A DNA stretch of 64,000 nucleotides, from contig OX597817.1 of the NCBI GenBank assembly GCA_951406725.2, positions 30,876,001 to 30,940,000 of the forward strand, given 5' to 3'. This document shows positions 37,256 to 51,729 of the stretch, in pieces. This DNA is from Octopus vulgaris. Lineage: Eukaryota. Numbering within the stretch: position 1 is the stretch's first letter; every line of letters starts with the position of its first letter. Under the pieces are notes generated by a model. It saw only the letters and a list, made by a program, of their open reading frames with translations. It searched no databases and was not told where the DNA came from. The position numbers were made by a program, and so were the translations under genes.

Positions 37256-37677
37256 GCCTTGGCCGATGCCAGTGCTGCCTGATTGGCACCCATGCTGGTG
37301 GCACTTAAAAAGCACCATTCGAGCATGATCGATGCCATTGCGCTTGTCTGGCTCCCATGCCAGTGGCACTTAAAAAGCACCATTTGAGCGTGGTTGATGC
37401 CAATACCACCTGTCTGGCTCGCATGCCAGTGGCACATAAAAAACACCATTTGAGCATGGTCGTTGTCAGTGCCACCTCACTGGCCCCAATGCCAGTGGCA
37501 CGTAAAAAGCCTCCACTACACTCTCAGAGTGATTGGTGTTAAGAAGGACATCCAGCTGTAGGAACCTTGCCAGATCAGATTGGAGCCTGGTGCAGCCTCC
37601 TGGCTTGCCAGTTCTTAGTCAAACCATCCACCCCATGCCAGCATGGAAAGCAGACATTAAACAGTGATAATGATGAT
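37256..37677 (+). mobile_element. Family D retroposon, 4 tandem units
   Basis: ATGCC.GTGGCAC.TAAAA.GCACC units, (GAT)n tail. Confidence 0.85.
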
Positions 37678-38622
37678 GCCTTTCCTGTCACTAAACCATA
37701 CTTGAGTTTGATGTAAAAGATCGCTTATTCCATACATCTTTGAAGGCACGAAATGAGTGGTTGATTTATCTGACAAAGAAAACTGCAGCAAAGAAAACTG
37801 CTTGTACCATATGAGCTACTCCAGTTTCTATCTACTAAAATGCACATGCAAAACTTTGATTGACATAAGTCTATGGTAGAGGACACTTAGCTTAGGTGTC
37901 AAACAGGGAAAACAGACTCAGAACTGTATAATTAGTGAAGCAAACTTCTTAATCACATATCTGGGTTAACCTATCTGTAATATACTAGCATCCTTTACTA
38001 GGAAATACATCTACTTTAACCACTTCAGTCTTAGAAAACCTGGGATGAGTTCCAGCAATATGGTAACACACTGTGGCAATGTTGAGGGATGAAAATATAA
38101 TAAGACATATGAAGAGATTACACAGTGAAGAGTTATAGTTATACATGTCGGTAAATTGCATACAAAATCATCTGCCTGCCAAGGATAAAAATGTGCGTTA
38201 AACATATAAAACTGTTGCTATAGCTTGATCATCAAAGGAACGAATCAAAAGAAAATGTTGCAGTCAAAGTATACAGTAGCCCGTGTAAATTTATATATAA
38301 ACATCTCTCTCTCTCCCTCTGCATGTTGAATGCATTCATAAGTAACAGTGTATGCGTGTGTGTCCATGTGAGTGTTTATGTTTTTGTGTTCATGTTGCCT
38401 ATAAATATGACCGTATGTGTACTTAGTGAGAATATAGTGTTTTTGCTTTGCCCATATTCTTATTGTTTTCTCTTGGCTCCACGTTCACCCACCTCTCCAT
38501 TAAGGAGAATGTATATTGAAGTGTAAAGGAGTGTGTATATAATCAAATAGAAAAATGCATATATATATATGCCTGTATGCACTTTTATATATTATATATG
38601 ATATATAATATATATATTATGA

Positions 38623-38718
<96 letters not shown>

Positions 38719-38781
38719 GTATATACATATACATATATACATATACATATATATATGCATTCATACATATATATATGCATT

Positions 38782-38817
<36 letters not shown>

Positions 38818-39591
38818 CACAAACGTGCATCCACCCCACTACACATATATGTAAGTACACAATTGATATTTATCTCAGCATAATCATACAATTGTGCACA
38901 TATTCACATATAGGATTTATGAGTATATACACACACACACACATATACACACACATACACACACACACACATGCACACACACACACACATACCTATTCTT
39001 GTAAATATAATATATTTCCATACATATCTAAACATGCGTACTTTTGCAAACACACATAAAAATATGGGGCCAAACATCAATGTACAGGAAAAAACTGCTG
39101 CTGTGCAGCCTTTCACCGATTGATATTTTTATTGCGTAACTTCTATTGAATGCAGGTTATATAGAATGGTATTCTTCAATTAGAAATGGTTGGTGTCACA
39201 ATTTCAATTATGCACTTATTTTAATGCAACACCAATGTTCTCTCAACCATGCATTTTTGGTGTATACTGCAGCTTTCATACTTGTTTACTTATTAATGTA
39301 CGTGTATGTGTGTGTGTGTGTGGGGGGATGGGCGTAGGCATTTTCTCTCACTCTCTCTCTCTCTCTCTCTCTCTCACTCACACACACACATGCGCAAATA
39401 TACAAATATATATAAACAAATACATACATATACCTTTATACACATGCATATATATATAAATTTACTTATATATATATATACACACATATATATATATATA
39501 TACATATATATGTACACACACACACATTATATATGCCTATATATATGTAGATATTTGTACATATATATAAATATATATAGACATATACACA

Positions 39592-39638
<47 letters not shown>

Positions 39639-40117
39639 GTATGTATATATACATATATATAATGTGTGTATGCATTTTATGTTAAATATGATCAAGTATT
39701 GAGTAAACTTGTTATTTGGTACATTTCATGCCATTGCATATAACTGCTTGCACATACATACATACATACATGCATACATATATACATACATACATACATA
39801 CATACATGCATACATACATACATACATACATACATACATACATACATACATACGTAAATACACACACACAGATCTATATAGAGATAGATAGACAGATAGA
39901 CAGATAGATAGATATATGTATACACATATATATCCACACAAATATAAATCTATATAATAAACACACACATATTGTCTCTCTCCCATGCATACACACACTT
40001 GCATGGCTGTGTGGTAAGAAGCTTGTTTCCCAACCACATGGTTTTGGGTTCAGTCCTACAGCATGGCAACATGGGCAAATGTAGGGAAAATAAGTATATC
40101 TACAAATTTATATCAAA

Positions 40118-40214
40118 GTACCTACGCACGTTTCGTTATTATGGTAGTTTCAAACCCTGATAGAAGTTCCATATGCATATAGATGCTAAACCACAACGGA
40201 TCCTCAGGGAATAC
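40118..40214 (-). ncRNA. Probable HHR with long stem II
   Basis: GUAUUCC-CUGAGGA-UCC GUUGUGGU...ACCAUAAU AAC-GAAAC-GUGC-GUA-GGUAC; stems I and II imperfect. Confidence 0.55.
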
Positions 40215-41749
40215 TTTTTTGTATCAAGTTACAGATAACTGTGTCCAAAGGTGGATGGATAGCGAGGCAATTTATAGTTATTTTAGGAGGGACATAGAAA
40301 GCAAAAGAATACTTAATTTTCGATTTACTGGCGCAACTGAAGACACCGATGTTTTGACATCGTTGTGTATCGTCAGTCAGAGGCATTCACGGACAAATGA
40401 ATCTAACAAGGGTCGATGATCTTGTTCATAACTTCAGCGAACAGATTATTCGCTGATCTGTGATGATGTTTCCCAACAAATAATAAATTGTCATAAACAC
40501 AATGAACAGCGAGAATCGAAATGATGACTTGCTTAGTTATTATTAATACGTTCCTTTAATAACTTTTCTGGTTTTAGTTACTGGCCTGTGTCCATGCTGT
40601 AGCATCACCTTGAAGGGTTTAGATGATCGAACCACTACCAGATCTTATTTTGAGACTAGTACTTATTCGATCGGTTTCATTTTCTTGAACTACTTAGTTG
40701 CAGTGACGTGAATAAGCCAACATTGCTTGTTAAGAAGTGAACGCAAACACGGAGATGCACATATGCATACAACGTCTCCGTCAATCAAATCCACTCACAA
40801 ATCCACTCAGGGAAATATCAGAAGCCATGCTGTGAGACAGAATGAGAAGCCAAGTGACTGAAAAGCGAACTTCTTAATCATACACATATGACCCCCCCCC
40901 CACAGAACCATATAGCTATGTCTGTGTCCAATACATACATGTTTTCAAGCCACCAAAACATCTATTTTGAGATGAATTTTCATTAACGGTTATGATTTTT
41001 TTTACTTTATGGCTCTTACATTCTATTTGATTGAGCATTTTTCAGCTCAAACTTAACTTTATGTTTTTCATGCAGAAGGCATCTTTAGGAAATTTTTCAG
41101 TGTCATTATTTTAAATTGCATAATCAGTAAATTATTTTCACACGAACAGTCTATCCTCTTCAAGTCATCCTTTGGTTTAGTAACTATGTGCTGATTCTGC
41201 TTTCCTGATGTAATCTATTAAAGTATAAACATGCCTAGACTTGCTACCACAGCTGCCAAAGATCAGAGCGGCTGCATATTTCCATTTTATTTTTTGCCAA
41301 TTAAAATGTCAGCGATCTCCCTTTGCACCTGTTGAAATAAATTTTTCATCAAGAGTATTCTCTTTTACTTGTAATTAGGGATATAATTTTAATCGATAAA
41401 AAGTTATTTTCACCTCGCTACATTAAGTAGTTTAGTCATCACTTTAGCTGTTACCTTGCCTGGTAACAAATATCAGATGTTCTCACTCAGTCTAAAAATA
41501 CGGTTTCCGTGAGAATAATTCTTAATTCATTAAAACTTTGCCGCTTTTCGTCAAGAGTCATCAAAAATTACCACTAGATTTTTGTATCTTTTATCCATCC
41601 AGGTGAAAATTCATTGAGAAATTTAATGTGCATTATCCAGTACGTCACAACCTAACTAAATTATACAAAACAGAGTATTCCAGTGAATACGCGAGAGTTA
41701 TATAATTCTGTGCCCACGTTAACATTAAAATACACTTCACACATAAAAT

Positions 41750-41969
41750 AACTGCTTCAAAATTTGGCACAAAATCACCAAGTTTAGTGGAGGGGGTTAA
41801 GTCGATTACATTAACCCAAGTGTTCAACCAGTACTTCTGTTATCAAACTCGAAAGGATAAAAGAGAAAGACGACTTCGGCAGGATTTGAACTCATAACAT
41901 AAAGAGCTGGAAGAAATGCCACTGAACGTACTGTCTGACGTACTAACAATTCTGCCAGCTTGACGCCTT
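41750..41969 (-). mobile_element. SINE family B variant (diverged, different tail); similar copy at 42520-42728
   Basis: Shared B head and core, tail TTTGGCACAA. Confidence 0.75.
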
Positions 41970-41999
41970 TTCACTCAATATTATAATAGCAGTATAAAA

Positions 42000-42256
42000 A
42001 TAAAATAAATGCACCCTTTCAAAGCCTAGCCAGGCTCATGTGCCCGGTTCCCTGGTTTCTATGGCGTATGTGTTCCCCAGGTGGACGGGATGCCAGTCCA
42101 TCGCAGCGTTACTCATTTTGCCAGCTGAGTGGACTGGAGCAACGTGAAATGAAGTGTTTTGCTTAAGAACACAACGCGTCGCTCGGTTCAGGAATCGAAA
42201 CCACAATCTTACAATCATGATGCTGACACCCTAACCACTAAGCCACGCGCCTCCAC
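42000..42256 (-). mobile_element. tRNA-derived SINE family E
   Basis: Head GGAGGCGCGTGGCTTAGTGGTTAGGG...GGTTTCGATTCC; GCGATGGACTGGC.TCCCGTCCA core; AGCAGTATA on both flanks. Confidence 0.9.
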
Positions 42257-43122
42257 ATAAGAGCAGTATACTCTTGTTTGTAAATATAAACCTACTAGAT
42301 TATAGCTTTTGTTATTGTATAGAATTAGGCATATGCTTTTGTTTGAGAAAACAACGTCTCCTTCGAAATTTCCTAAAAAAATACCTAGCAAGCCAGAATG
42401 GTTTACGTGTTTTGTCTTAGATCGGAAAGAAGTAGCAGGTAATGGAGAGCTTTTCTGAAAGACAAAGGACTCAGGACTTCGAATTTTTCCTAAAATGCTC
42501 GTGTCTCAACTAATATTGATTTCAATTTTTGGCACAAGGCCAGCAAATTCGGGAGAGCGGATATATCGATTACATCCACCCCAGTGCTTAACTGTTATTT
42601 ATTTTTCGATCCCGACAGGATGAAAGATAAAGTTGACATCGGCGGAATTTGAACTCAGAAGGTATAGACGGACGAAGTACCAGTAAGCATTTCTTCGGCG
42701 TGCTAATGATCCTGTCAGCTCGCTGCTTTATATGAGCCTCAACTAATATTGACCATATAATACCCCCAGGTTTTTCTTTATGTATTTCCAAATATGCTTC
42801 CAAAGTGATAGGCATTTTCTCGTTAGAGGACAGTTTCAAACATATAGGCTGGTTTCGCTCTATATTTTGATTAAGCATACACGCCGAATATTTTTCCTAA
42901 GAAATTCAAAGATCTGCCGACGCATAATGAATAATACTTGATTACGTTGATCACTTAATCACTCCAAAATGCTTTGAGCGAGCTTTTCACCGTATATACC
43001 GTGAACAGGCATGATTTTTTAATCTGCTAATATGTACAATGAACTAAAAAATCAAATAAACTAAACTACGATCTGGAAATGCAATCATAGCTTATTTCAT
43101 ATAGTAATAAACACATACATAC

Positions 43123-43174
<52 letters not shown>

Positions 43175-43176
<2 letters not shown>

Positions 43177-43354
43177 TCTTTACTTGTTTCAGTAATTTGA
43201 CAGCGGTCATGCTGGAGCACCGCCTTTAGCCGACTTATTCTTTGTAAGCCTAGTTCTTATTCTATCGGTCTCTTTTGCCGAACCGCTACGTTACAGAGAC
43301 GAAAATACAACAGCATCAGTTGCCAAGCGATGTAGGGGAGACAAACACAGACAC

Positions 43355-43442
<88 letters not shown>

Positions 43443-43579
43443 GGCGGGTTTCTTTCAGTTTCCTTCTACCAAATCCACTCACAAGCTTTTAGTCGGCCCG
43501 AGGCATTTGCCCGCAGTGGGAATGAACCCGGAACCATGTGATTGGTAAGCAAGCTACTTACTACACAGCCACTCCTGCG

Positions 43580-43584
<5 letters not shown>
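43175..43584 (-). mobile_element. SINE family A with expanded internal (CA)n(TA)n
   Basis: Homology. Confidence 0.88.
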
Positions 43585-43624
<40 letters not shown>

Positions 43625-43639
43625 TTTCGAACTGAAAAC

Positions 43640-44300
43640 TCTCATAGAGAAAACATTTTTTCTTTTGCCCTTGTTTATAAGTTTATAAATTTAACCTTTA
43701 AAGGTATTTTTTAATATGCTGACCATTGATGTTATAACACGGCACTTGTAGATTGCATTTTTGCGTAGACTGAGCTTCCAAGAGGGCATAATTGAGATAC
43801 TCGACAATTACAAGTTTCCCTACCTGTTCTGTGATTGGGATTTAGTGCTAGTGACATTGAGCTCGGTTGGTTCATTGTCAGTGGGGGAAAACCAAGTGTG
43901 TGATCTGTATTTGTAATGGATTGTGAGGTGTATTGCAAGTAGTATTTGTTGTCGCGTAGGTAGGATTGTGGAATGAAGGCTTGTGTTTAGTATTATTTAA
44001 CTGAGGTGGATTATTAAGGGTTGTGTTATTGCTACTATGTGGGCTAACTTGGGGGTGCAGTGTGAGAGTTTAGGTGTTCAGAGGACTGATGTTGGAGTTT
44101 GCGTTTGTTTGAGGAGGCGATTATGGATACTAAATTAATTGTAGTTGGGTAGGAGATCTTCACTGATGATTTGTTAAAGATGGGATAGTATTTATACTGA
44201 GCCGGAAAATTAGAATTTAGGATGTTAAAGAAAAGTTTAGGTTATTCACGCCATTCTATTCAATTCCATACTTCTCTATTGAGATTTATTTGTTACCTCA
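43640..44300 (-). pseudogene. Penelope-like element remnant (linker and start of GIY-YIG endonuclease)
   Basis: TCNCRVSQLCPLG motif matching SCNCRVSEGYPLG at 55780; limits approximate. Confidence 0.65.
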
Positions 44301-44978
44301 TTCGATCTTGTGGATGCAATCCACACCGTTTAGGCTTTCACCCTTTGTACAAGCATTGAGTTGTGCTTTAACTGAGGACACGCAATCGCCTTTTCTTCAG
44401 TCGATTTGCCTGGCAACAGTTTATATTGCTACTTACTAGTTGAACAACTTGCAATTGGATCATCAACTAGCTGTAACAGCAGATATTGCAACAGCATACA
44501 TATTTTCATCCTGTAAATGTAAAGGAATAAAAATGAATAACGTCGATGCAAAACATCATGCAAAACAATGTACATGCACACACGCACAGATTCACTTACG
44601 AATGCACTTTCATACCAATACGCGTACATTCGCATAAACACAGACACTCATACACTTATACACTCCACACACACATACTCAGACACATGCAAACATACAT
44701 ACACATAAACACAGACTTAACAAAGCGCTTGTATATGTTGTATGTCCTTCTTATTCAGGAATTAAAACAACCACAATCCAACGTCGACTCTCTTCCTTTA
44801 TATCCATTTCGTTGAATGTACAGTTTATTATAAGTGTAATTGAAGCAGTGAAACATTTTTCTGCTGAGCTATTTCATTCTTTTTTTTTTTTTTTTACTAA
44901 ATACAGTGCGCATACAATGATCATCATCGCCATCATGATGATGATGATCATCATCATCATCATCATCATAAACAACAA

Positions 44979-45011
<33 letters not shown>

Positions 45012-45533
45012 TGCATTTTAAACACTTCCAAATGCTCTACATTGCAGTTGAATCAAATACAATATGTCAACAAAATAATGTATAAATAAAAAGCATGTAA
45101 ATAACCAAAGATAAAAAACAAAAAAAAAATACATGATACAACGCTAACAATAAAACTAGACAATCAACAATATGCACAACATTAGAATCTACTACATCAA
45201 CAACTATTTTAACGTCAAGAAAACCAATAGAAACAACAAAAAAACCGTTAACAAACAGCATCAATACAACCAACACCAATTGTAAGCACAACAATAGCGA
45301 ACGAGAACAAAAGAAAACAGCAACCATTGTAGCAAAACACAACTACAATACTGACAGGCATAAAATAGGTACATATATATATATATATATATATATGTAC
45401 GTGTGTGTATGTGTACATATGTATATACATACACATACATACATACATATATATATATATGTATATATATATGTATATGTATATATATGTATATATATAT
45501 ATGTATATATATATGTATATATATATGTATATA

Positions 45534-45580
<47 letters not shown>

Positions 45581-45690
45581 ATGTATATATATATGTATGT
45601 ATAATGGCATGCAATGTTATAGAATATTATTCAATGTTAGAATCAAGAATCAATCACATCACTTGACATGCACATAAAGTATACAAATAT

Positions 45691-45742
<52 letters not shown>

Positions 45743-45782
45743 TATAACCACATATCTATATATGTATATCTATCTATCTATC

Positions 45783-45845
<63 letters not shown>

Positions 45846-46210
45846 ATCTATGTATGTATGTATGTATGTGTGTGTGTATGTATATACAACAGGAAATATG
45901 GAAATATCCATGCATCAATAAAAACTCAAGATTTACAGAAAATCCAATAATAGATACTCCAATAACGATCTATCTAAATAAAGCTTGAATGCAAAGAACC
46001 ATCCCCACCCTAGCTTAGTTGAATATCTAGATATAATCAGATGTTTATACCAATGTTTTAAAATGGATCCCTTCAATTGTAAGTGTATTTGTATAAGTGT
46101 ATATATGTTGCTTTTTTATATATATATATTTCCTGAATTTACATACCCATATTATTTCTTACATATCAACATTTAAAAGAATGTTACGTTAATATATATC
46201 TATATCCATC

Positions 46211-46277
<67 letters not shown>

Positions 46278-46353
46278 ATGTATGTATGTATATATACATA
46301 TATATATATATATACATACATACATACAGATAGATAGATAGATAGATAGATAG

Positions 46354-46430
<77 letters not shown>

Positions 46431-47037
46431 CATATATAAGTGTTTGTGCATTTACACATGGATCTGTGATTTGGTATTTTTTGTGTGCATATGCATGTAT
46501 ACTTCTCTAAATATTATAAATGTTTTAATATTTTTTCGCAGTGGTGAGGGCAGGAGTGTTTATAACACAACATATCTCGATGCATCGCGATCCATTGTTG
46601 TTTTATCTCTAAGGTTTCGTAGCTTTAGATCTCCCATCACCAATTCATGATTCTATCTAACAGCGCGTGTATATGAGTTTGTATATATATTTATGTCCGG
46701 GCGTGTGTGTTGTGGGTGTGGTATAATGGTAAAAATACTGGTCTCGTAATAATAAGGTTGCGGTTTCAGTTCCTGAACCGAATGGTGTTTGATGTTCTTG
46801 TGCAAGGTACTATATTTCGTGTTGCTACAGTTTACTCAGCTAAAAATGTGTATCAGGTCGATACTGGTGCAACCTCTTCCTCCCTCTAGCTTCCAAACAT
46901 TTAATCTTCCCCTGTGTCAAATGTTGAGAGGGTACCTTTGTCGTCTGGCAACTACATTGGTACCTAAAACAATTAGCAGAGGCATGGTGATGCTACTAAT
47001 CGTATTGGTTAGTGAGTGACGGTTATAGTTATTATGT

Positions 47038-47317
47038 GATCAAATGTTGCTACACATCGCTGGTCACAATGCGTTCGCATTGTTTTAGCCTTCGAATGAC
47101 GCCACCCCGCTGGCTAAGCGAGCAGGCCAACAGAAGAAAGAGTGAGAGAAAGAGTGGTTAAAGAGTACAGCAGTGATCACCACCCCCTGCCGGAGCCTCG
47201 TGGAGCTTTAAGGTGTTTTCGCTCAATAAACACACACAAAGCCCGGTCTGGGAATCGAAACCGCGATCCTTCGACCGCGAGTTCGCTGCCCTAACCACTA
47301 GGCCATTGCGCCTCCAC
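47038..47317 (-). mobile_element. SINE family C with a second tail type
   Basis: Family C head; 11-bp TSD AGTTATTATGT at 47027-47037 and 47318-47328. Confidence 0.9.
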
Positions 47318-47499
47318 AGTTATTATGTATATATACCTATTACTATTTTAAAGAAATACATGTTTTTGTGAATTACCGCCGTAATAACTTGTGGTTTGTA
47401 TGTTCATACTTATGTATACAAGCTCTCTCTCTCTCTCTTCCTCTCTCTCTCGCTCTCTCTGTCTCTCACACACACATATATTCATATATGGGGTGCAAC

Positions 47500-48040
47500 G
47501 TTATGTCTTTGGCCAACTACATATGGCGTTTAAAAGAAGAGTATTAAATGGAAGTTCCTGAAACAGCCTGGACCATACGACAATAGGAGCGAACGAGAAC
47601 CTTGGCCGAGAAGGTAAGGATCCCAAAAGAATTCGCTTGACTTACAGGCCTTCTTAAATTCCAAAGCTGAGGTGTTTAGTCTTTGCCCTCATTAGAGAAA
47701 CTTCGTGTTAGAGAATGAAAGTCTCCGCTTGCTGCCGAGTGAACGAAAATCGTACATTAACGGAAACAGCTCGAACTAGTCAAAAGGGGTTTCCGCTTCG
47801 AAGAATTTCGTTTCAGGTATTTTATTCACAACCTTGCTGATCAAGACTGTACACTTACCTGGTTTTGTACAGAGGTTATGTGCGTCCAGCCAACAGGTCT
47901 GATGAGTCGCCTATATTACCAAGAGCAATGATAGACGTGAAACCCCTGTTAACTTTCTGACCGACTATAACCATTAAATATTAATGCTTTAAAGATTTTT
48001 TTTAGAGTGTGCTGTTTTTCGGGCTTATAGAGAACAAACC
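47500..48040 (+). mobile_element. Penelope-like 3' end: GIY-YIG C-terminal remnant plus pLTR-like region
   Basis: SLANYIWRLKEE then frameshifted IKWKFLKQPGPYDNRSER; downstream CTGATGA...GAAAC at 47899-47943. Confidence 0.65.
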
Positions 48041-48213
48041 AATACGTACGCGCACGCACACACACGCACACACACACACACACACACATACACACACATA
48101 CATATACACATATACATCTCTTTTTCTCTCTCTCTCTCTATGTATATATATATATATATATATACATACATATGTACAGAGAAACGCGTATGTATATCCC
48201 ATGATATTTATAC

Positions 48214-48263
<50 letters not shown>

Positions 48264-48356
48264 GTATGGTACATAAAGACAAAAAACACAAAGAAGGTGT
48301 CAACAAACAAATCAACAGGGTGCATTAGGTTGACGCTCAGGAAAATTGGAAGAAGC

Positions 48357-48392
48357 CTTTTACATTTCGAGCCAACGCTCTTCTGCGGAAAG
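48357..48392 (-). ncRNA. Minimal HHR motif, core mutated
   Basis: CUUU-CCGCAGA-A-GAGC GUUG GCUC-GAAAU-GUA-AAAG. Confidence 0.55.
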
Positions 48393-49145
48393 AACAGATT
48401 AGAAGAGAGAAACTAAAGAGAAAATAACAAGTGTGGATGAATACATGAGGTCATTGTGTGCGTGTGTACATGTGTTTGAGGAGAGATGGAGAACTAAGTC
48501 CGTGAGGAAAAATTAGTTCCTGAGAAAAAATAAATTCGTGTTCCAAACTGAGATGGGAGTCCGGGTGGACTCTATGCAAGGACTTTCTGAACGTAGATGT
48601 TTCAGGGAATGGCCAGTCGAGCGGAACTGACACATAACTGGGTGTAGTTGTTGCAGTGTATAATGTCACGGAAATGTTCGGCAATACTTCCTCAATCTTT
48701 CATTGAGCTTTAAACAAATAATCACGCGTTGCTTTCATTTTGTTTTCTGTATTCTTTTCCTCATAAATTTTGAACTTATATGCGCGTGTATGTGCGTGCG
48801 AGCACGCAGATATGCAAACACATGCGCTCATACACATTGACCAAAATGAATCCACACACGCACATATCAATAGAGGCTAAACGAAAGAATGGTGTGTTTT
48901 TGTTTGCTATTTCAGGGCATATGAAACAGTAATTCACATACCTTTTACCAATAACCTTTTAGTCTTGATGAGAGCAACTGTCTTCAGTCAAGAGGCGCCT
49001 ATTGGTATTTATCCAAAAGAGATAATCTTTCTTGAACCTGCTTGAATTTATAGCAAATTTTAGCTGATAGAAATCATTTGATGAAAAGTTATCTTTTCAC
49101 ATATACCGATCTGATTGGCTGCAGCAGAAGAAAGAACTGAGAAGG

Positions 49146-49191
<46 letters not shown>

Positions 49192-49540
49192 CATTTTTCA
49201 GTTTTATTTCAAGATTTCTTCCCAATAGTGAAAGAGTCGGCTTCAAACCTAGATTCAAGGCTCCTTCATTGGACTTCCAACATCAACAACATGGTATTTT
49301 GCTTGTATGTATGTATGTATGTATGTATGTATGTATGTATGCATATATGTATGTATGTATTTATGTATGTACGTGTATGTGCAGATTTGTATGTTTTGCT
49401 TTATGTATGTATTCTCATGCATATAGTTGCATATCTAATCATTCTCATATATATTTAAATGCTAAACTTCTGGAAAGTTTTACAGATTTGTACAGTATGT
49501 ATGTATATATATATATACATACACACACACACACACACAC

Positions 49541-49619
<79 letters not shown>

Positions 49620-50274
49620 GATATATATATGACTTCATTATATATATGAAAGAGAAAGAAGGGGGAGAGAAATAGAGGAGATGTTTGTCAAAAGAATAGA
49701 AGTATAAAGAAAAGAAATTGAAAGTCTGAGTAAGTTTACTTATATTTAATTAACTGGTTTCACAATTTCATAATTTTCAAAATGAATACCCTGATACTAA
49801 ATATTTTTGTGATCGTTTAACACAGAAAGGGCGTGTGACACTTCTTTACATTTGACAGTGCTAACTCTCAAGATGAACTTGAATATAGAAATATGCCTGG
49901 TAGTACTCTTGGTTGCTTTCATTTCTTTTCTGTTCTAGTAGTCGTTGAATAGTTTTATATAAAGATTAAGGGTTAGTTCCTACGTAATATGATCAAAAGA
50001 ACTGGTGGAATTCTACTGGTAAGTTTTTTATTCATGTCTTTAAGTCAGTTTGATTTTTTATCAAAAGCAGCCGGCTAGTTCCTTGATAACGTCATTACTC
50101 AATTTCGTAGATTCATTTGAAGTTAGTAAAGATTTCTCAACAAGAAAGCAATGAGCTCTAGTTTCAAATTTTCGATAATGACATGCACTATATCAGTTGG
50201 ATACACAGTTAGATACTATTCAGTAATTGTTTACACTTTTTGAAGAAACATTTTTTGTTCGTATTTGATCCATG

Positions 50275-50592
50275 TGTGGAGGTGCAATGGCCCAGTGGTT
50301 AGGGTAGCGGACTCACGGTCGGAGGATCGCGGTTTCAATTCCCAGACCGGGCGTTGTGTGTGTTTATTGAGCGAAAACACCTAAAGCTCCACGAGGCTCC
50401 AGCAGCGGGTGGTGGCGAACCCTGTTTTACTCTTTCGCCCCAACTTTGTCTTACTCTTTCTTTGTTGAGTAACACTGCGATGGATTGGCGTCCGTCCAGC
50501 TGGGGGGGGGGAGACACATGCGCCACAGAAACCGGGACACCGGGCCCATGAGCCTGGCTAGGCTTGAAAAGGGCGCATAAATAGAAAAAAAA
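50275..50592 (+). mobile_element. Chimeric SINE: family C head with family E tail
   Basis: Switch at about 50462; 10-bp TSD TTGATCCATG at 50265-50274 and 50593-50602. Confidence 0.9.
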
Positions 50593-51483
50593 TTGATCCA
50601 TGATCTCATCAGAACAAATTTAAAGAGGAAAAATTAGAAATTTTGGTGGCCTTTTTGTTTGTTAACAAAAGGCTAAATGTTCGCTTAGAAGAATCTGTTT
50701 AGTCCTAGAATCTTGTATTTCTTGCTTATGAATAGTGAGTCTGGTTCTCCAGGTAAATTTTATTAATTAAATATGATTTTCGTTACAATGATAACATTTA
50801 ATAGCATAAATGGGATGAAGGTGACAGACTTCTAGTCACCTTTATTCATTGCAAGATGTTCATAATGAATAATTTTAATAATTAAAGATAGGGATTTCTT
50901 TTGTGTTATCACAAACTCTCAGCTTTGATTTGTGTTTGTGCTACTGACGCTGATTCAAAATGAATACCACACATATACATACATAATCATACACACACAT
51001 ATATATACATGTGTAGGAACACATACATATATATATTTATGTATGTCTGTCTGTGCCTCAGAATAGAAATTTACCATCTACTTCTAATTCTTTGTAATTC
51101 TCTTATTCTTCTGTATATCATAATTTCGATTCAAAACAAATCATAATTAAAAAATATATAATGCCGGAGAAAAGTTAATGCAAATTCTAAATAAATATCT
51201 TATTTCAAAATTTGTTTCAGTAGCTTTGTAAATCAATTGAATATAACAGTACTGCCCTCAAACTTTGCCTTTGTTGTACTCGTGTCTCTAATTCCATTGA
51301 TAATAACTGCCAGTTTCCTTATTATTTCTCAATAATCTTTGAAATATTGTGACTATTCTTATGTATTGCAGTTGATATTTTTTTGTATTTTCTCTCTAAC
51401 TTTTTGGTTAATACTGATGATGATCTTAAAAAAAAATATTCTTTGTTTCTTAACGTCAATATATCTGTGAGTGTATGTGCATG

Positions 51484-51515
<32 letters not shown>

Positions 51516-51691
51516 CGCACATATATATCTATGTATGTGCATACATACATATATGTATGTGTGTGTATATATATATATATATATATAGGCATACAAACAG
51601 GCACGTAAAAATGCACACACATACATAACATATAACATAAACACACAGATACACGTATGTGTGTGTGCGTTTGTGTGTGTGTGTGTGTGTG

Positions 51692-51729
<38 letters not shown>

